Part shown: in pieces, positions 56,451 through 64,000 of the stretch | How the letters are laid out: each line of letters opens with the position of its first letter | How positions within the stretch are numbered: position 1 is the first letter of the stretch | DNA from: Patescibacteria group bacterium | GTDB lineage: Bacteria; Patescibacteriota; Patescibacteriia; Patescibacteriales; UBA12465 | DNA length: 64,000 nucleotides | Reading direction: 5' to 3' | NCBI GenBank assembly: GCA_041651095.1 | Contig: JBAZJV010000004.1 | Span: forward strand, 7,735-71,734 | Translations under genes and position numbers: made by a program | Notes under the pieces: model-generated | Told to the model about the DNA's origin: nothing | What the model saw: only the letters and a program-made list of their open reading frames with translations | Database searches by the model: none

Positions 56451-57790
56451 AAATAAACCAAGCCGGCCAGCAGTCCATAATACTCCGCTCCACACCACCA
56501 ATTAAACCAGTCGACATTGACGGCTGCCAAACTCGGCGCGGCTAAGAGTCCGGAGACGACGAAGATGAATTTCAGCAACAGATAGGCCGGCAGGAACCAG
56601 AACGGGCTCAGCGCCGGCAGGATCGCCGACAGCAGCAAACCGCCGATTAGAGAAGCTAAGAGTGGCGGGAAGGTCCAGAGCACCAGGATATTGGCTAAGG
56701 GAGCGATCAAGGATAACTGATGGAAATTAATCAGGGCTACCGGCAGAATAGCCAGCTGGCAAGACATAGTCAGATTGGCCGTGTCCAACAGGGCGGTAAT
56801 GATATTCTGTCGGCCCATCGGCCAGCCTAGCCCGGCCGTTAAGTGCCGGATCATTGCCCGGCCAAGCGGATAAAGATAGATGATGCCCAGGAGTGCCAGG
56901 AAGGACAATTGGAATCCGATATCGTCGCGCAAGAGCCGCGGATTGAACGCCAGCATCACGGCGGCCGAAAAAACCAAGGCCCTGATCAAGGAATTAGCCC
57001 GACCATAATAGACCGCCAAGAAAGCCAGGCCGCCCATGATGGCAGAGCGGACCGCGGAGGCGGCCAGGCCGGTAATGAGCGGATAGGCGATCAGGAAAAT
57101 AAAGACCAGTCTAGTCGTCCAGCGCCGGCTGAAGCCGAGTGCTAGAAAAAAATTAATGATCATCGCGCTCAAAATAGTGATATGCGAACCGGAGATGGCG
57201 ATGAGGTGGCTCAGTCCGACCCGAGCGAAGATATCCAGATCGCTCCGATTGACGGTCCGGCGATAGCCAAGCAAGATAGCGTCAGCCAGGCCGGCGGACG
57301 GCTCCGGCAAGCTGGCATCAATCATGCTTTTCAACCGCTGTTTACCATTAAGCAAGCGGCGATAGGCAGACTGCGGCCAGGTCAAACGGCCGACCGACCA
57401 TTCTGCCCGCGGATAATACATCAGCGAATAAATATCGTAGCGGGACAAATAGCTGGCGTAATCAAAATCGTCAATGGCCGCGGGAGCCTGCAATGTCCCG
57501 GTGAGCCGCAAGAAATCGCCATAATCATAGGCCGGATACAAATTAGTCGTCACCAAGACCCGGCCGTTTTCCTGTCCGTTCACGCAAACAGTCAGGCGTC
57601 GGCTCTTATAATCAAGATCCGCCTCCTCGCAGACCCGGCCGGTCAAAGACAAACGCCGGCCGTTATAATAAGCGAGGCTGCGCTCGGTTATCTCCGGCTG
57701 GAAAGCGCCGGGGCGGAAACCGAGCAGGAAGATAATCAGGATAAACAACAAATTAAGATAAAAGAAAATCTTGGCCGGCCTCAGGCGCAT
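56426..57790 (-). CDS. comEC: ComEC/Rec2-family DNA internalisation channel (no metallo-beta-lactamase domain)
   Basis: competence-domain motif VGLSHLIAISGSHITIL; polytopic. Confidence 0.75.
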   Translation of the reverse strand: MRLRPAKIFFYLNLLFILIIFLLGFRPGAFQPEITERSLAYYNGRRLSLTGRVCEEADLDYKSRRLTVCVNGQENGRVLVTTNLYPAYDYGDFLRLTGTLQAPAAIDDFDYASYLSRYDIYSLMYYPRAEWSVGRLTWPQSAYRRLLNGKQRLKSMIDASLPEPSAGLADAILLGYRRTVNRSDLDIFARVGLSHLIAISGSHITILSAMIINFFLALGFSRRWTTRLVFIFLIAYPLITGLAASAVRSAIMGGLAFLAVYYGRANSLIRALVFSAAVMLAFNPRLLRDDIGFQLSFLALLGIIYLYPLGRAMIRHLTAGLGWPMGRQNIITALLDTANLTMSCQLAILPVALINFHQLSLIAPLANILVLWTFPPLLASLIGGLLLSAILPALSPFWFLPAYLLLKFIFVVSGLLAAPSLAAVNVDWFNWWCGAEYYGLLAGLVYFLKKITAV

Positions 57791-57944
57791 AAAAATACCG
57801 TTAATGATAACGGTATTAGTATAACGGCAAAGTAATGACCAATTATTAAACTATAACCGGGCTTAATCTTAAAATTTTTAAATTGACAATAATTAAAATA
57901 TATTTTAATATAAACAATCACCCGATTTCTTTAAAAAACATTCG

Positions 57945-57990
57945 GCTTCACCGAAATAAGCCCTTAATCATAGGCTCATTTCGGTGAAGC
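57945..57990. repeat. 13-bp perfect inverted repeat (GCTTCACCGAAAT/ATTTCGGTGAAGC) with 20-nt loop in low-GC island
   Basis: read directly. Confidence 0.6.
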
Positions 57991-58105
57991 TAAATCATGG
58001 TTTCGCCCCAGTCTTCCCTTGCGGCAAAAGCCGGGGGACAAGCGCCATTCCGGTGGGCTGGAACTCCGTTATCCCTTAGCCGGGATTGAAAAAAGGGAGA
58101 ATAAA

Positions 58106-58864
58106 ATGTTGAAAGAATTAGTTTTAGCTACCAGAACAAGCCGGTTGGTGACGATTACCATACTGGCCAGCTTATGTTTTTTCTTATTTATTTCAAATAT
58201 GTCGCTAATCGTAAAAATCTACACCAGCCCGCTTCATCCGACTAGCGACCAAATGACCAAGCTGGTTCTAATCCTGATAGCTTTATCGCTTGGCACTATT
58301 GTCTTAGCCTATCTGAGCTTATCGCTCTCCGCCGAGGAAAAGGCGGCGCGTGATAAGAGCAGCCGAGAACAAATCATTAATAATCTAAGAGAGGCCGTAT
58401 CTGCGGCAATTACCGTTACGACCTTCGATATGGAGTTGTCAACGATAATTAGAAAATTTTCTGACTGCATCAGCCAATTTAAGCCAGAGGATCTTCCTGG
58501 CCTTTCAGCTAAAATTTTGCTGATCGGCGCGGCTAATAGCTTAGCGGTAATATATTATTGCCTTGACCTTAAGGATTACCAAAAGCAACAAATTATCTCT
58601 AAAAAACCGCAAAATTGGGATTATATACTAAGCGCCACCCAGGAAGAAATCAACAATATAGGCACAGCCAAAAAAGAACTGCAAGAGTCTTATGAACAGA
58701 TTCATAACTTCGCTAGACGCCATATCAGCGTCGTTTCAGATACGGGTAAGAACAAATATACGCTCTATGCTGATGCGGCAGTATTGCTACTGTTAAAAGA
58801 TAGAAGAAAAAAAATGAAAACAGGGGCCGTACCAATGAACAAATATTATTACCGATACAGCTGA
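58106..58864 (+). CDS. hypothetical membrane protein (2 TM + soluble domain), low-GC
   Basis: SD GGGAG before ATG 58106; structured GC-rich leader 57991-58100. Confidence 0.5.
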   Translation: MLKELVLATRTSRLVTITILASLCFFLFISNMSLIVKIYTSPLHPTSDQMTKLVLILIALSLGTIVLAYLSLSLSAEEKAARDKSSREQIINNLREAVSAAITVTTFDMELSTIIRKFSDCISQFKPEDLPGLSAKILLIGAANSLAVIYYCLDLKDYQKQQIISKKPQNWDYILSATQEEINNIGTAKKELQESYEQIHNFARRHISVVSDTGKNKYTLYADAAVLLLLKDRRKKMKTGAVPMNKYYYRYS

Positions 58865-58883
58865 AGCAAAATTGGTTAAAAAT

Positions 58884-58913
58884 AAACCCTCCAAAAAACG
58901 GAGGGTTTTTCAT
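58884..58913. terminator. bidirectional terminator (AAACCCTCC...GGAGGGTTT) between the island gene and prfB
   Basis: 9-bp stem, A-run/T-run flanks. Confidence 0.55.
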
Positions 58914-58944
58914 AATCTAAAATCTTTTAATCATCGAATCGCAG

Positions 58945-60042
58945 CTATCTAGCCTTCAACCATCTCAAATACGCTTCCATGAATTGTTCTAAATCGCCGT
59001 CTAAGACCTTATCGACATCCGAGGTCTCGTAATTGCTGCGGTGGTCCTTGACCAAACGATTGCCATAGAGAAAATAAGACCGGATCTGTTTGCCCCACTC
59101 GGCTTTCTGCACTTCCCCTTTCAGTTTCCGCTCCTCCGCTTCTTTCTCGGCTAAGGCTAATTGGTAAAGCTTGGTGCGCAAAATCTTCAGGGCGTTTTCC
59201 TTGTTCTGGTGCTGAGAACGCTCCGTCTGGCAGGAAATCGTGATCCCCGTCGGCAAATGAACCAGGCGCACGGCCGAGTCGGTCGTATTGACGCTCTGGC
59301 CGCCCGGACCGCTGGACCGGAAAACATCTATCCGCAAATCCTCGTCCTTGATGACGATAGTGTCGCTGTCTTTGATTTCCGGGATAACCTCCACCAGCGC
59401 GAAAGAAGTGTGGCGCAAACCGTCGGCGTCGAAAGGTGAATTGCGCAACAAGCGATGCACGCCGTTCTCGCTCTTGAAATAACCATAAGCCCAGGCGCCG
59501 GCTACCCGGAAAACCACGCTCTTTAAACCAGCTTCGTTGCCGTAATTACGGTCTAGGATCTCGGTTTTCCAGCCCTGCCGTTCGCAAAAGCGCAAGAACA
59601 TGCGCTCCAGCATTTGCGCCCAGTCCTGGGCGTCAACGCCGCCGGTGCCGGCATGAATGGCGACCAGGGCATTATCATGATCGTATTTTTCATCGAACAA
59701 CGATAAGAATTCCAAATGGGAAAATCGCTGAGCCAGCTCTTCATATTTGCGGCCCAACTCTTCAGTCAGATCGCCGCTGCCTTCTTTCTGCGCCAATGCG
59801 GCGATTTCTTCGGTTTCCCGGATATTATGCTCCATCTCCGACCATTCCTTGATCTCGGCGGATAATTCTTCAGCTTGCCGGCCGATACTTACGGCTGCTT
59901 CCCGATCATGCCAAAAATCCGGCTCGGCCATCTTGAGCCGCAAGGCTTTTTCTTCGCCGGTTTTCCGTTCAATAGCTAAAAGCGCCTTAGTTTTCAGGAA
60001 GCGCTCGCGCAAATCTTCCAATTTTTCCAATAAAGTTTCCAT
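58945..60042 (-). CDS. prfB: peptide chain release factor 2 (single frame, no programmed +1 frameshift)
   Basis: GGQ motif GGQSVNTTDSAVR, SPF motif, 365 aa continuous. Confidence 0.85.
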   Translation of the reverse strand: METLLEKLEDLRERFLKTKALLAIERKTGEEKALRLKMAEPDFWHDREAAVSIGRQAEELSAEIKEWSEMEHNIRETEEIAALAQKEGSGDLTEELGRKYEELAQRFSHLEFLSLFDEKYDHDNALVAIHAGTGGVDAQDWAQMLERMFLRFCERQGWKTEILDRNYGNEAGLKSVVFRVAGAWAYGYFKSENGVHRLLRNSPFDADGLRHTSFALVEVIPEIKDSDTIVIKDEDLRIDVFRSSGPGGQSVNTTDSAVRLVHLPTGITISCQTERSQHQNKENALKILRTKLYQLALAEKEAEERKLKGEVQKAEWGKQIRSYFLYGNRLVKDHRSNYETSDVDKVLDGDLEQFMEAYLRWLKAR

Positions 60043-60045
60043 ACA

Positions 60046-60056
60046 GGCATTATAAC
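60046..60056 (-). promoter_or_regulatory. extended -10 promoter TGTTATAAT ending 6 nt before prfB ATG (probable leaderless transcript)
   Basis: minus strand TTTTTTTGTTATAATGCCTGTATG. Confidence 0.3.
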
Positions 60057-60057
60057 A

Positions 60058-60087
60058 AAAAAACGCCCCGGTAAACAGGGCGTTTTC
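60058..60087 (-). terminator. rpsI terminator (CGCCC...GGGCG with flanking A/T runs)
   Basis: hairpin read directly. Confidence 0.45.
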
Positions 60088-60096
60088 GTATAAAAA

Positions 60097-60609
60097 CTAG
60101 CGCTTGCTCCATTGCGGACTCTTGCGAGCCTTGCGCAGACCAGGCTTCTTCCGTTCCACCTGGCGCGGGTCGCGGGTCAGGAAATCATTCACTTTCAGAG
60201 CTTCCTTGGTGGCCGGATCGCAGGCCAGAATCGCCCGGCTGATGCCTAAGCGGACCGCCCCGACCTGCCCCTGTTTGCCGCCGCCGCGGACGAGCACGGA
60301 AAAATTAAAATCGCGGCTATGGCCGGTCACTTTCAGCGGCTGGGCGACCAGGTTGGCACCCTCGCCGGCAAAATATTCGCTGGCCTTCTTGCCGTTAACC
60401 ATTATAACTCCTTTGCCGTCTTCATATAAGCGGACGCGGGCAATCGCCTGCTTGCGGCGCCCGTTGGCCTGGATATATTTGCCGGCAAACTCCGCCGTTT
60501 CATTCTTAGCCCAATCCTTTTCCTCCTCCACCGGTTCGGTCGAGACGGCCGTCAAGATTTCCGCTACCGGCTTCTTGGCTTTCACCGCTTTGGTTTTTTT
60601 CTCTGCCAT
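60097..60609 (-). CDS. rpsI: 30S ribosomal protein S9 (with ~40-aa N-terminal extension)
   Basis: C-terminal GGGKQGQVGAVRLGISRAIL...RKKPGLRKARKSPQWSKR. Confidence 0.85.
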   Translation of the reverse strand: MAEKKTKAVKAKKPVAEILTAVSTEPVEEEKDWAKNETAEFAGKYIQANGRRKQAIARVRLYEDGKGVIMVNGKKASEYFAGEGANLVAQPLKVTGHSRDFNFSVLVRGGGKQGQVGAVRLGISRAILACDPATKEALKVNDFLTRDPRQVERKKPGLRKARKSPQWSKR

Positions 60610-60612
60610 ATG

Positions 60613-60969
60613 TTATTTGATGATTAATCGCTTGAGCTGGGCCGTCCGCAACTTGGTGGGCGGCAACATTTCCCGGACCGCCCGATACAGGACATCACCC
60701 GGATTCTTGGTGAAGACCTCGGACATCTTCTTGCTCTTCAAGCCGCCCAGATAACCGGAAAAATGATGATATTGCTTCTGGTCCAATTTCCGGCCGGTAA
60801 ATTTCAATTTGGCGACATTAGCCACTTCAACGATATCGCCCAGGTCCAGGTGCGGGACGAATTCCGGTTTGTTCTTGCCGCGCAAGAGCCCGGCGATCTT
60901 GGTGGCCAAACGTCCGACCGGGCTGCCGGCCGCGTCTAGCTTATGCAGTTTTCTCTGGATATTTTTCAT
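60613..60969 (-). CDS. rplM: 50S ribosomal protein L13
   Basis: GRLATKIAGLLRGKNKPEFVPHLDLGD. Confidence 0.85.
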   Translation of the reverse strand: MKNIQRKLHKLDAAGSPVGRLATKIAGLLRGKNKPEFVPHLDLGDIVEVANVAKLKFTGRKLDQKQYHHFSGYLGGLKSKKMSEVFTKNPGDVLYRAVREMLPPTKLRTAQLKRLIIK

Positions 60970-60973
60970 ATTT

Positions 60974-61324
60974 TTAGACTAATTCGATCTGCACCATCTC
61001 CGCCCCGTCGCCGGCGCGCGTCCCCAGCTTGATGGTACGGGTATAGCCGCCCGCTCGATTCTTATAGCGCACACCCAGGACTTCCAGGGCCTTCTTGACG
61101 GCATTCTTCTGCAGCAATACCTTGATCAGGCCGCGCCGGGCATTCAGGTCGCCGGCTTTCGCCGCCGTTATCGAACGTTCCACCAGGGGGCGGACCGCCG
61201 TCGCCTTGGCTTTGGTCGTCTTCACTTTCTCATAGAGCAGGATGCTGGAGGCCAGGTTGCGCAGCATCAGTTCCCGCGGCCCTTTCTTCCGATCCAGGAT
61301 CTTGTTTTTATTTCTGTGACGCAT
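60974..61324 (-). CDS. rplQ: 50S ribosomal protein L17
   Basis: MRHRNKNKILDRKKGPRELMLRNLASSIL. Confidence 0.85.
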   Translation of the reverse strand: MRHRNKNKILDRKKGPRELMLRNLASSILLYEKVKTTKAKATAVRPLVERSITAAKAGDLNARRGLIKVLLQKNAVKKALEVLGVRYKNRAGGYTRTIKLGTRAGDGAEMVQIELV

Positions 61325-61349
61325 AAACTTGAGTGATCTTTATGGCAAA

Positions 61350-62192
61350 TTATTTTTTCGTTTTCTTCTTGGTTTCCTTCTTTTCCTTCTTCTCTTTCTT
61401 TTCCTTCTTGTCTTCCGGCGCTTCGGCTGCCGTCTCGTCTGCCGGCGTTGCCTCATCTGCCGTATTCTCGGAAACCGGCTGTTCAATCGCCGACTCTTCT
61501 TCCGGCGCTTGGTTCAAGAAGGAACTGTACTGATCGACCAGAATCTTGACCGCTTCGTTAAAGGCCTCTTCCGGCGTGATTGTGCCGTCCGTCTTGACGT
61601 GCAGAATAAGCTTGTCCCAATTGGTCATCTTGCCGACGCGAGTATTTTCGATGCTGATACTGACCAGGATGACCGGCGAAAAAATCGAATCGATCTCAAT
61701 GTAGCCGATTTCCCGATTTTCTCTCTTGGCGCCTTCGGCCAGCTTGTAGCCGCGGCCTTCCTTAACGACGATGTCCGCCTCCAGGCTGCCGGAATCATCC
61801 GTAATATGCGCCAAAACCAGCTCCGGATTCTTAATCGCGACCTGGGAATTCTTGGTGATATCGCCGGCCGTGACGGTCTTTTTCCCTTTGATTTTCAGTT
61901 CCAAATGGATCTCCTCTTCGGTAAAGACCTGTAAACGCAACTGCTTCAGATTGAGGATCATTTCCAAAACATCTTCTTTGACGTGCGGCACGGCCATGAA
62001 TTCATGGCTCGCTCCCTTGATCTTGACGCCGATGACGGCCGCGCCGGGCAAGGAAGAAAGTAAAACGCGGCGCAAAGAATTGCCTAAGGTCATGCCGTAG
62101 CCCGGGAACAAGGGCTCGACCGTGATTATCCCCTCTTTCGGATCCGAGCCGCTCTTGAATTCGATTTTTTTGGGCAAAGCAATGTTTTGCAT
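61350..62192 (-). CDS. rpoA: DNA-directed RNA polymerase alpha subunit, NTD only; alpha-CTD replaced by acidic/KE-repeat tail
   Basis: NTD VEPLFPGYGMTLGNSLRRVLLSSLPG; C-terminus ...EDKKEKKEKKEKKETKKKTKK, 280 aa. Confidence 0.85.
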   Translation of the reverse strand: MQNIALPKKIEFKSGSDPKEGIITVEPLFPGYGMTLGNSLRRVLLSSLPGAAVIGVKIKGASHEFMAVPHVKEDVLEMILNLKQLRLQVFTEEEIHLELKIKGKKTVTAGDITKNSQVAIKNPELVLAHITDDSGSLEADIVVKEGRGYKLAEGAKRENREIGYIEIDSIFSPVILVSISIENTRVGKMTNWDKLILHVKTDGTITPEEAFNEAVKILVDQYSSFLNQAPEEESAIEQPVSENTADEATPADETAAEAPEDKKEKKEKKEKKETKKKTKK

Positions 62193-62239
62193 AAAATTTA
62201 TTCGGCCCGCGGAACTGGTCGCGCGCGGCTGAATGCTTA

Positions 62240-62869
62240 TTATTTCGAGTAATACTCAATGATGACCTGGACGTTCAGGTTCTGCGGCAAATCGTTTTCC
62301 GCCGGTTCATGGAGGACTTTCACGCTGGCATCGCTAGCGTCGAAATGGAGCCAGCTCGGGCGTTCCGCCTTCTTCAGCTGCTCTGCGTTATTTCTAAAAT
62401 ATGGCGAGCTCAGACTGCTCTTTTTCGGCTTGATGACCTGACCGGCCTTGACGGTGAAAGACGGAATATCGGTTTTGCGGTCGCTGACAGTGAAATGGCC
62501 GTGATTGACCAGCTGCCGGGCCGCGGCGCGGGAATTGGCCCAACCGGAACGATAAACGACGTTGTCTAAACGCATTTCGAGCGCCCGCAGGAAATTCTTG
62601 CCGGCGTCGCCGGATTTCTTGGCCGCTTTTTCAAAAATCAGATGGAATTGCTTTTCATATAAGCCATAGAACTTCTTGGCTTTCTGTTTTTCCGCCAACT
62701 GGGCGCCGTAATCGCTCAAACGCTTGCGGCCTTTCTGACCATGGAAACCAGGCGTGTAGTTGCGCTTGACGATAGCGCATTTCGGCGTATAGCAACGTTC
62801 TCCCTTGAGAAAGAGCTTTTCGCCGCTGCGGCGGCACTGTGCGCATTTGCTGTCGATACTTCTAGCCAT
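62240..62869 (-). CDS. rpsD: 30S ribosomal protein S4 (zinc-finger form)
   Basis: CAQCRRSG...CYTPKC, S4 domain. Confidence 0.9.
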   Translation of the reverse strand: MARSIDSKCAQCRRSGEKLFLKGERCYTPKCAIVKRNYTPGFHGQKGRKRLSDYGAQLAEKQKAKKFYGLYEKQFHLIFEKAAKKSGDAGKNFLRALEMRLDNVVYRSGWANSRAAARQLVNHGHFTVSDRKTDIPSFTVKAGQVIKPKKSSLSSPYFRNNAEQLKKAERPSWLHFDASDASVKVLHEPAENDLPQNLNVQVIIEYYSK

Positions 62870-62889
62870 AATGATATTATTTGCTTATT

Positions 62890-63480
62890 TTAGACGCGGC
62901 GGGGCTTTTTCGGCCGGCAACCGTTATGCGGCACCGGGGTCGTATCCTTGATGGCCACGACATTCAGACCGTTGGCGTTCAAGGCGCGGATCGCCGCTTC
63001 CCGGCCGGTGCCGACGCCGGAAACAAAAACGCTCACTTCTTCCAGGCCGTATTCCTCACGCGCTTTCTGAGCCGCTATTTTGGTGATGATCTGGGCGGCG
63101 TAAGGTGTCGCCTTCTTGGCGCCCTTAAAGCCGGCCAGACCGGCGCTCGCCCAGGCAATCACGTCGCCAGAGGTATCGGTCAGGGTGATCATGGTGTTAT
63201 TATAGGTCGCCTGGATATAGGCGCGACCGACTTTGACCGTTCGGGCCGTCTTCTTCTTTTTTTTCTTGACCAGCTTCTTCTTGGCCCGGGCCGCCTTATT
63301 CTTTTCCAGCTTCTGCTTGATTTCTTCCGGCAATTCTTCGTTCGCGGAATCAAAAGAAAAATCCGAGCTTTCCTTCTCTTCCTTCTCTTCTTTGGCTTCC
63401 TGGGTGGCCGCTTCGGCCGCCACGACGACCGGGGTCGTCTCGATTTCCGATTTGCTAGCTGCTTTTACTTCTTCAGACAT
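62890..63480 (-). CDS. rpsK: 30S ribosomal protein S11 (with ~70-aa acidic/KE-rich N-terminal extension)
   Basis: C-terminal S11 core [16 protein letters not shown]... Confidence 0.85.
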   Translation of the reverse strand: MSEEVKAASKSEIETTPVVVAAEAATQEAKEEKEEKESSDFSFDSANEELPEEIKQKLEKNKAARAKKKLVKKKKKKTARTVKVGRAYIQATYNNTMITLTDTSGDVIAWASAGLAGFKGAKKATPYAAQIITKIAAQKAREEYGLEEVSVFVSGVGTGREAAIRALNANGLNVVAIKDTTPVPHNGCRPKKPRRV

Positions 63481-63494
63481 ATGATATGTGTTTA

Positions 63495-63890
63495 TTAGGT
63501 CTTCTGCAGGCCGGCCTTGCTCTTGCCGCTGCCCATGGTCACGCGCTTATTGCCGCGGACGGTCCGGCTATTAGTTTTGGTCCGCTGTCCGCGCACCGGC
63601 AAATGCTTGCCGTGACGCAGGCCGCGATAGCAGCCGATTTCCCTCAGACGCTTGATATTGCTCTGAACCTCCCGGCGCAAATCCCCTTCCACCGTGTATT
63701 TCTTCTCCACGATTTCCCGCAGGGCGTTCGCTTCCGCCTCTTTCAGGTCTTTGACCCGGATATCCTTATTGACTTTGGCGGCGGCCAGGATTTTGTTCGC
63801 CGTGGTGCGGCCGATACCGTGGATATAGGTGAGAGCGATCTCTATTCTTTTGTCATTCGGGATATTGACTCCCGCGATTCTTACTGCCAT
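63495..63890 (-). CDS. rpsM: 30S ribosomal protein S13
   Basis: [27 protein letters not shown]. Confidence 0.9.
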   Translation of the reverse strand: MAVRIAGVNIPNDKRIEIALTYIHGIGRTTANKILAAAKVNKDIRVKDLKEAEANALREIVEKKYTVEGDLRREVQSNIKRLREIGCYRGLRHGKHLPVRGQRTKTNSRTVRGNKRVTMGSGKSKAGLQKT

Positions 63891-63910
63891 AGAATATTGA
63901 TATTAAAAAA

Positions 63911-64000
63911 TTACCCCTGTCTCTGCTTGTGCTTAGGGTTCTTGCAAATCACGTGCACCCGGCCGTTGCGTCGCACCACCTTGCAGTCCTTGCAGATTTT
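63911..64000 (-). CDS. rpmJ: 50S ribosomal protein L36 (partial; N-terminus beyond window end)
   Basis: minus-strand translation ...KICKDCKVVRRNGRVHVICKNPKHKQRQG*. Confidence 0.8.
   Translation of the reverse strand, partial: KICKDCKVVRRNGRVHVICKNPKHKQRQG

Noticed and set aside
57991-58100. Specific riboswitch class (preQ1, guanidine-III or ykkC-like) for the GC-rich leader
   Set aside because: Only loose resemblance (a GGACAAG segment, and a hairpin plus A-run before the SD). Loop lengths and conserved positions do not match any consensus I can recall. Left as an unclassified structured leader.
58945-60042. Programmed +1 frameshift in prfB
   Set aside because: The RF2 N-terminal region is continuous in a single frame, with no in-frame UGA near codon 25.

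Overview
This 64 kb window is a gene-dense core chromosomal segment in which almost every gene is on the minus strand. It holds a rearranged block of conserved ribosomal-protein and translation genes: rpmJ(partial)-rpsM-rpsK-rpsD-rpoA-rplQ-rplM-rpsI-prfB, then comEC, an M50 protease, rpsL-rpsG-fusA-tuf, the S10/spc operons (rpsJ through rplO) and secY. Also present are map, ruvX, recO, aspS, asnS, scpAB, a dacA-like carboxypeptidase, dnaG-rpoD and uppS. Ribosomal protein L30 is absent between rpsE and rplO, many r-proteins, RpoD and RpoA carry low-complexity extensions, and a ComEC channel is present. Together these suggest, by inference only, a Patescibacteria/CPR-like lineage with roughly 55% GC (estimated by eye). 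The findings I consider most worth a second look are: (1) a tRNA-Asn(GUU) gene interrupted by a 230-nt group I intron with R/S elements, a U.G P1 pair and a terminal omega-G; (2) a 1532-aa membrane-anchored coiled-coil giant protein with internal PDGS repeats and a C-terminal GT9 (heptosyltransferase-like) domain; (3) an EamA/DMT transporter fused to a riboflavin kinase domain; (4) an unannotated 40-aa Cys/Trp/Tyr-rich peptide gene with its own promoter, SD and terminator, divergent from a near-consensus sigma70 promoter in a low-GC islet; (5) an hpt gene broken by a single-nucleotide frameshift inside a 22-bp perfect palindrome; (6) RpoA without the alpha-CTD and L24 with a C4 zinc ribbon; (7) regulatory oddities, namely an 18-bp tandem repeat before rpsJ, a terminator-like hairpin inside the S10 operon before rplC, and an apparently leaderless, extended -10 prfB with no programmed frameshift. 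No CRISPR array, rRNA or obvious transposase was seen. I did not find a defense locus or biosynthetic gene cluster in this window.
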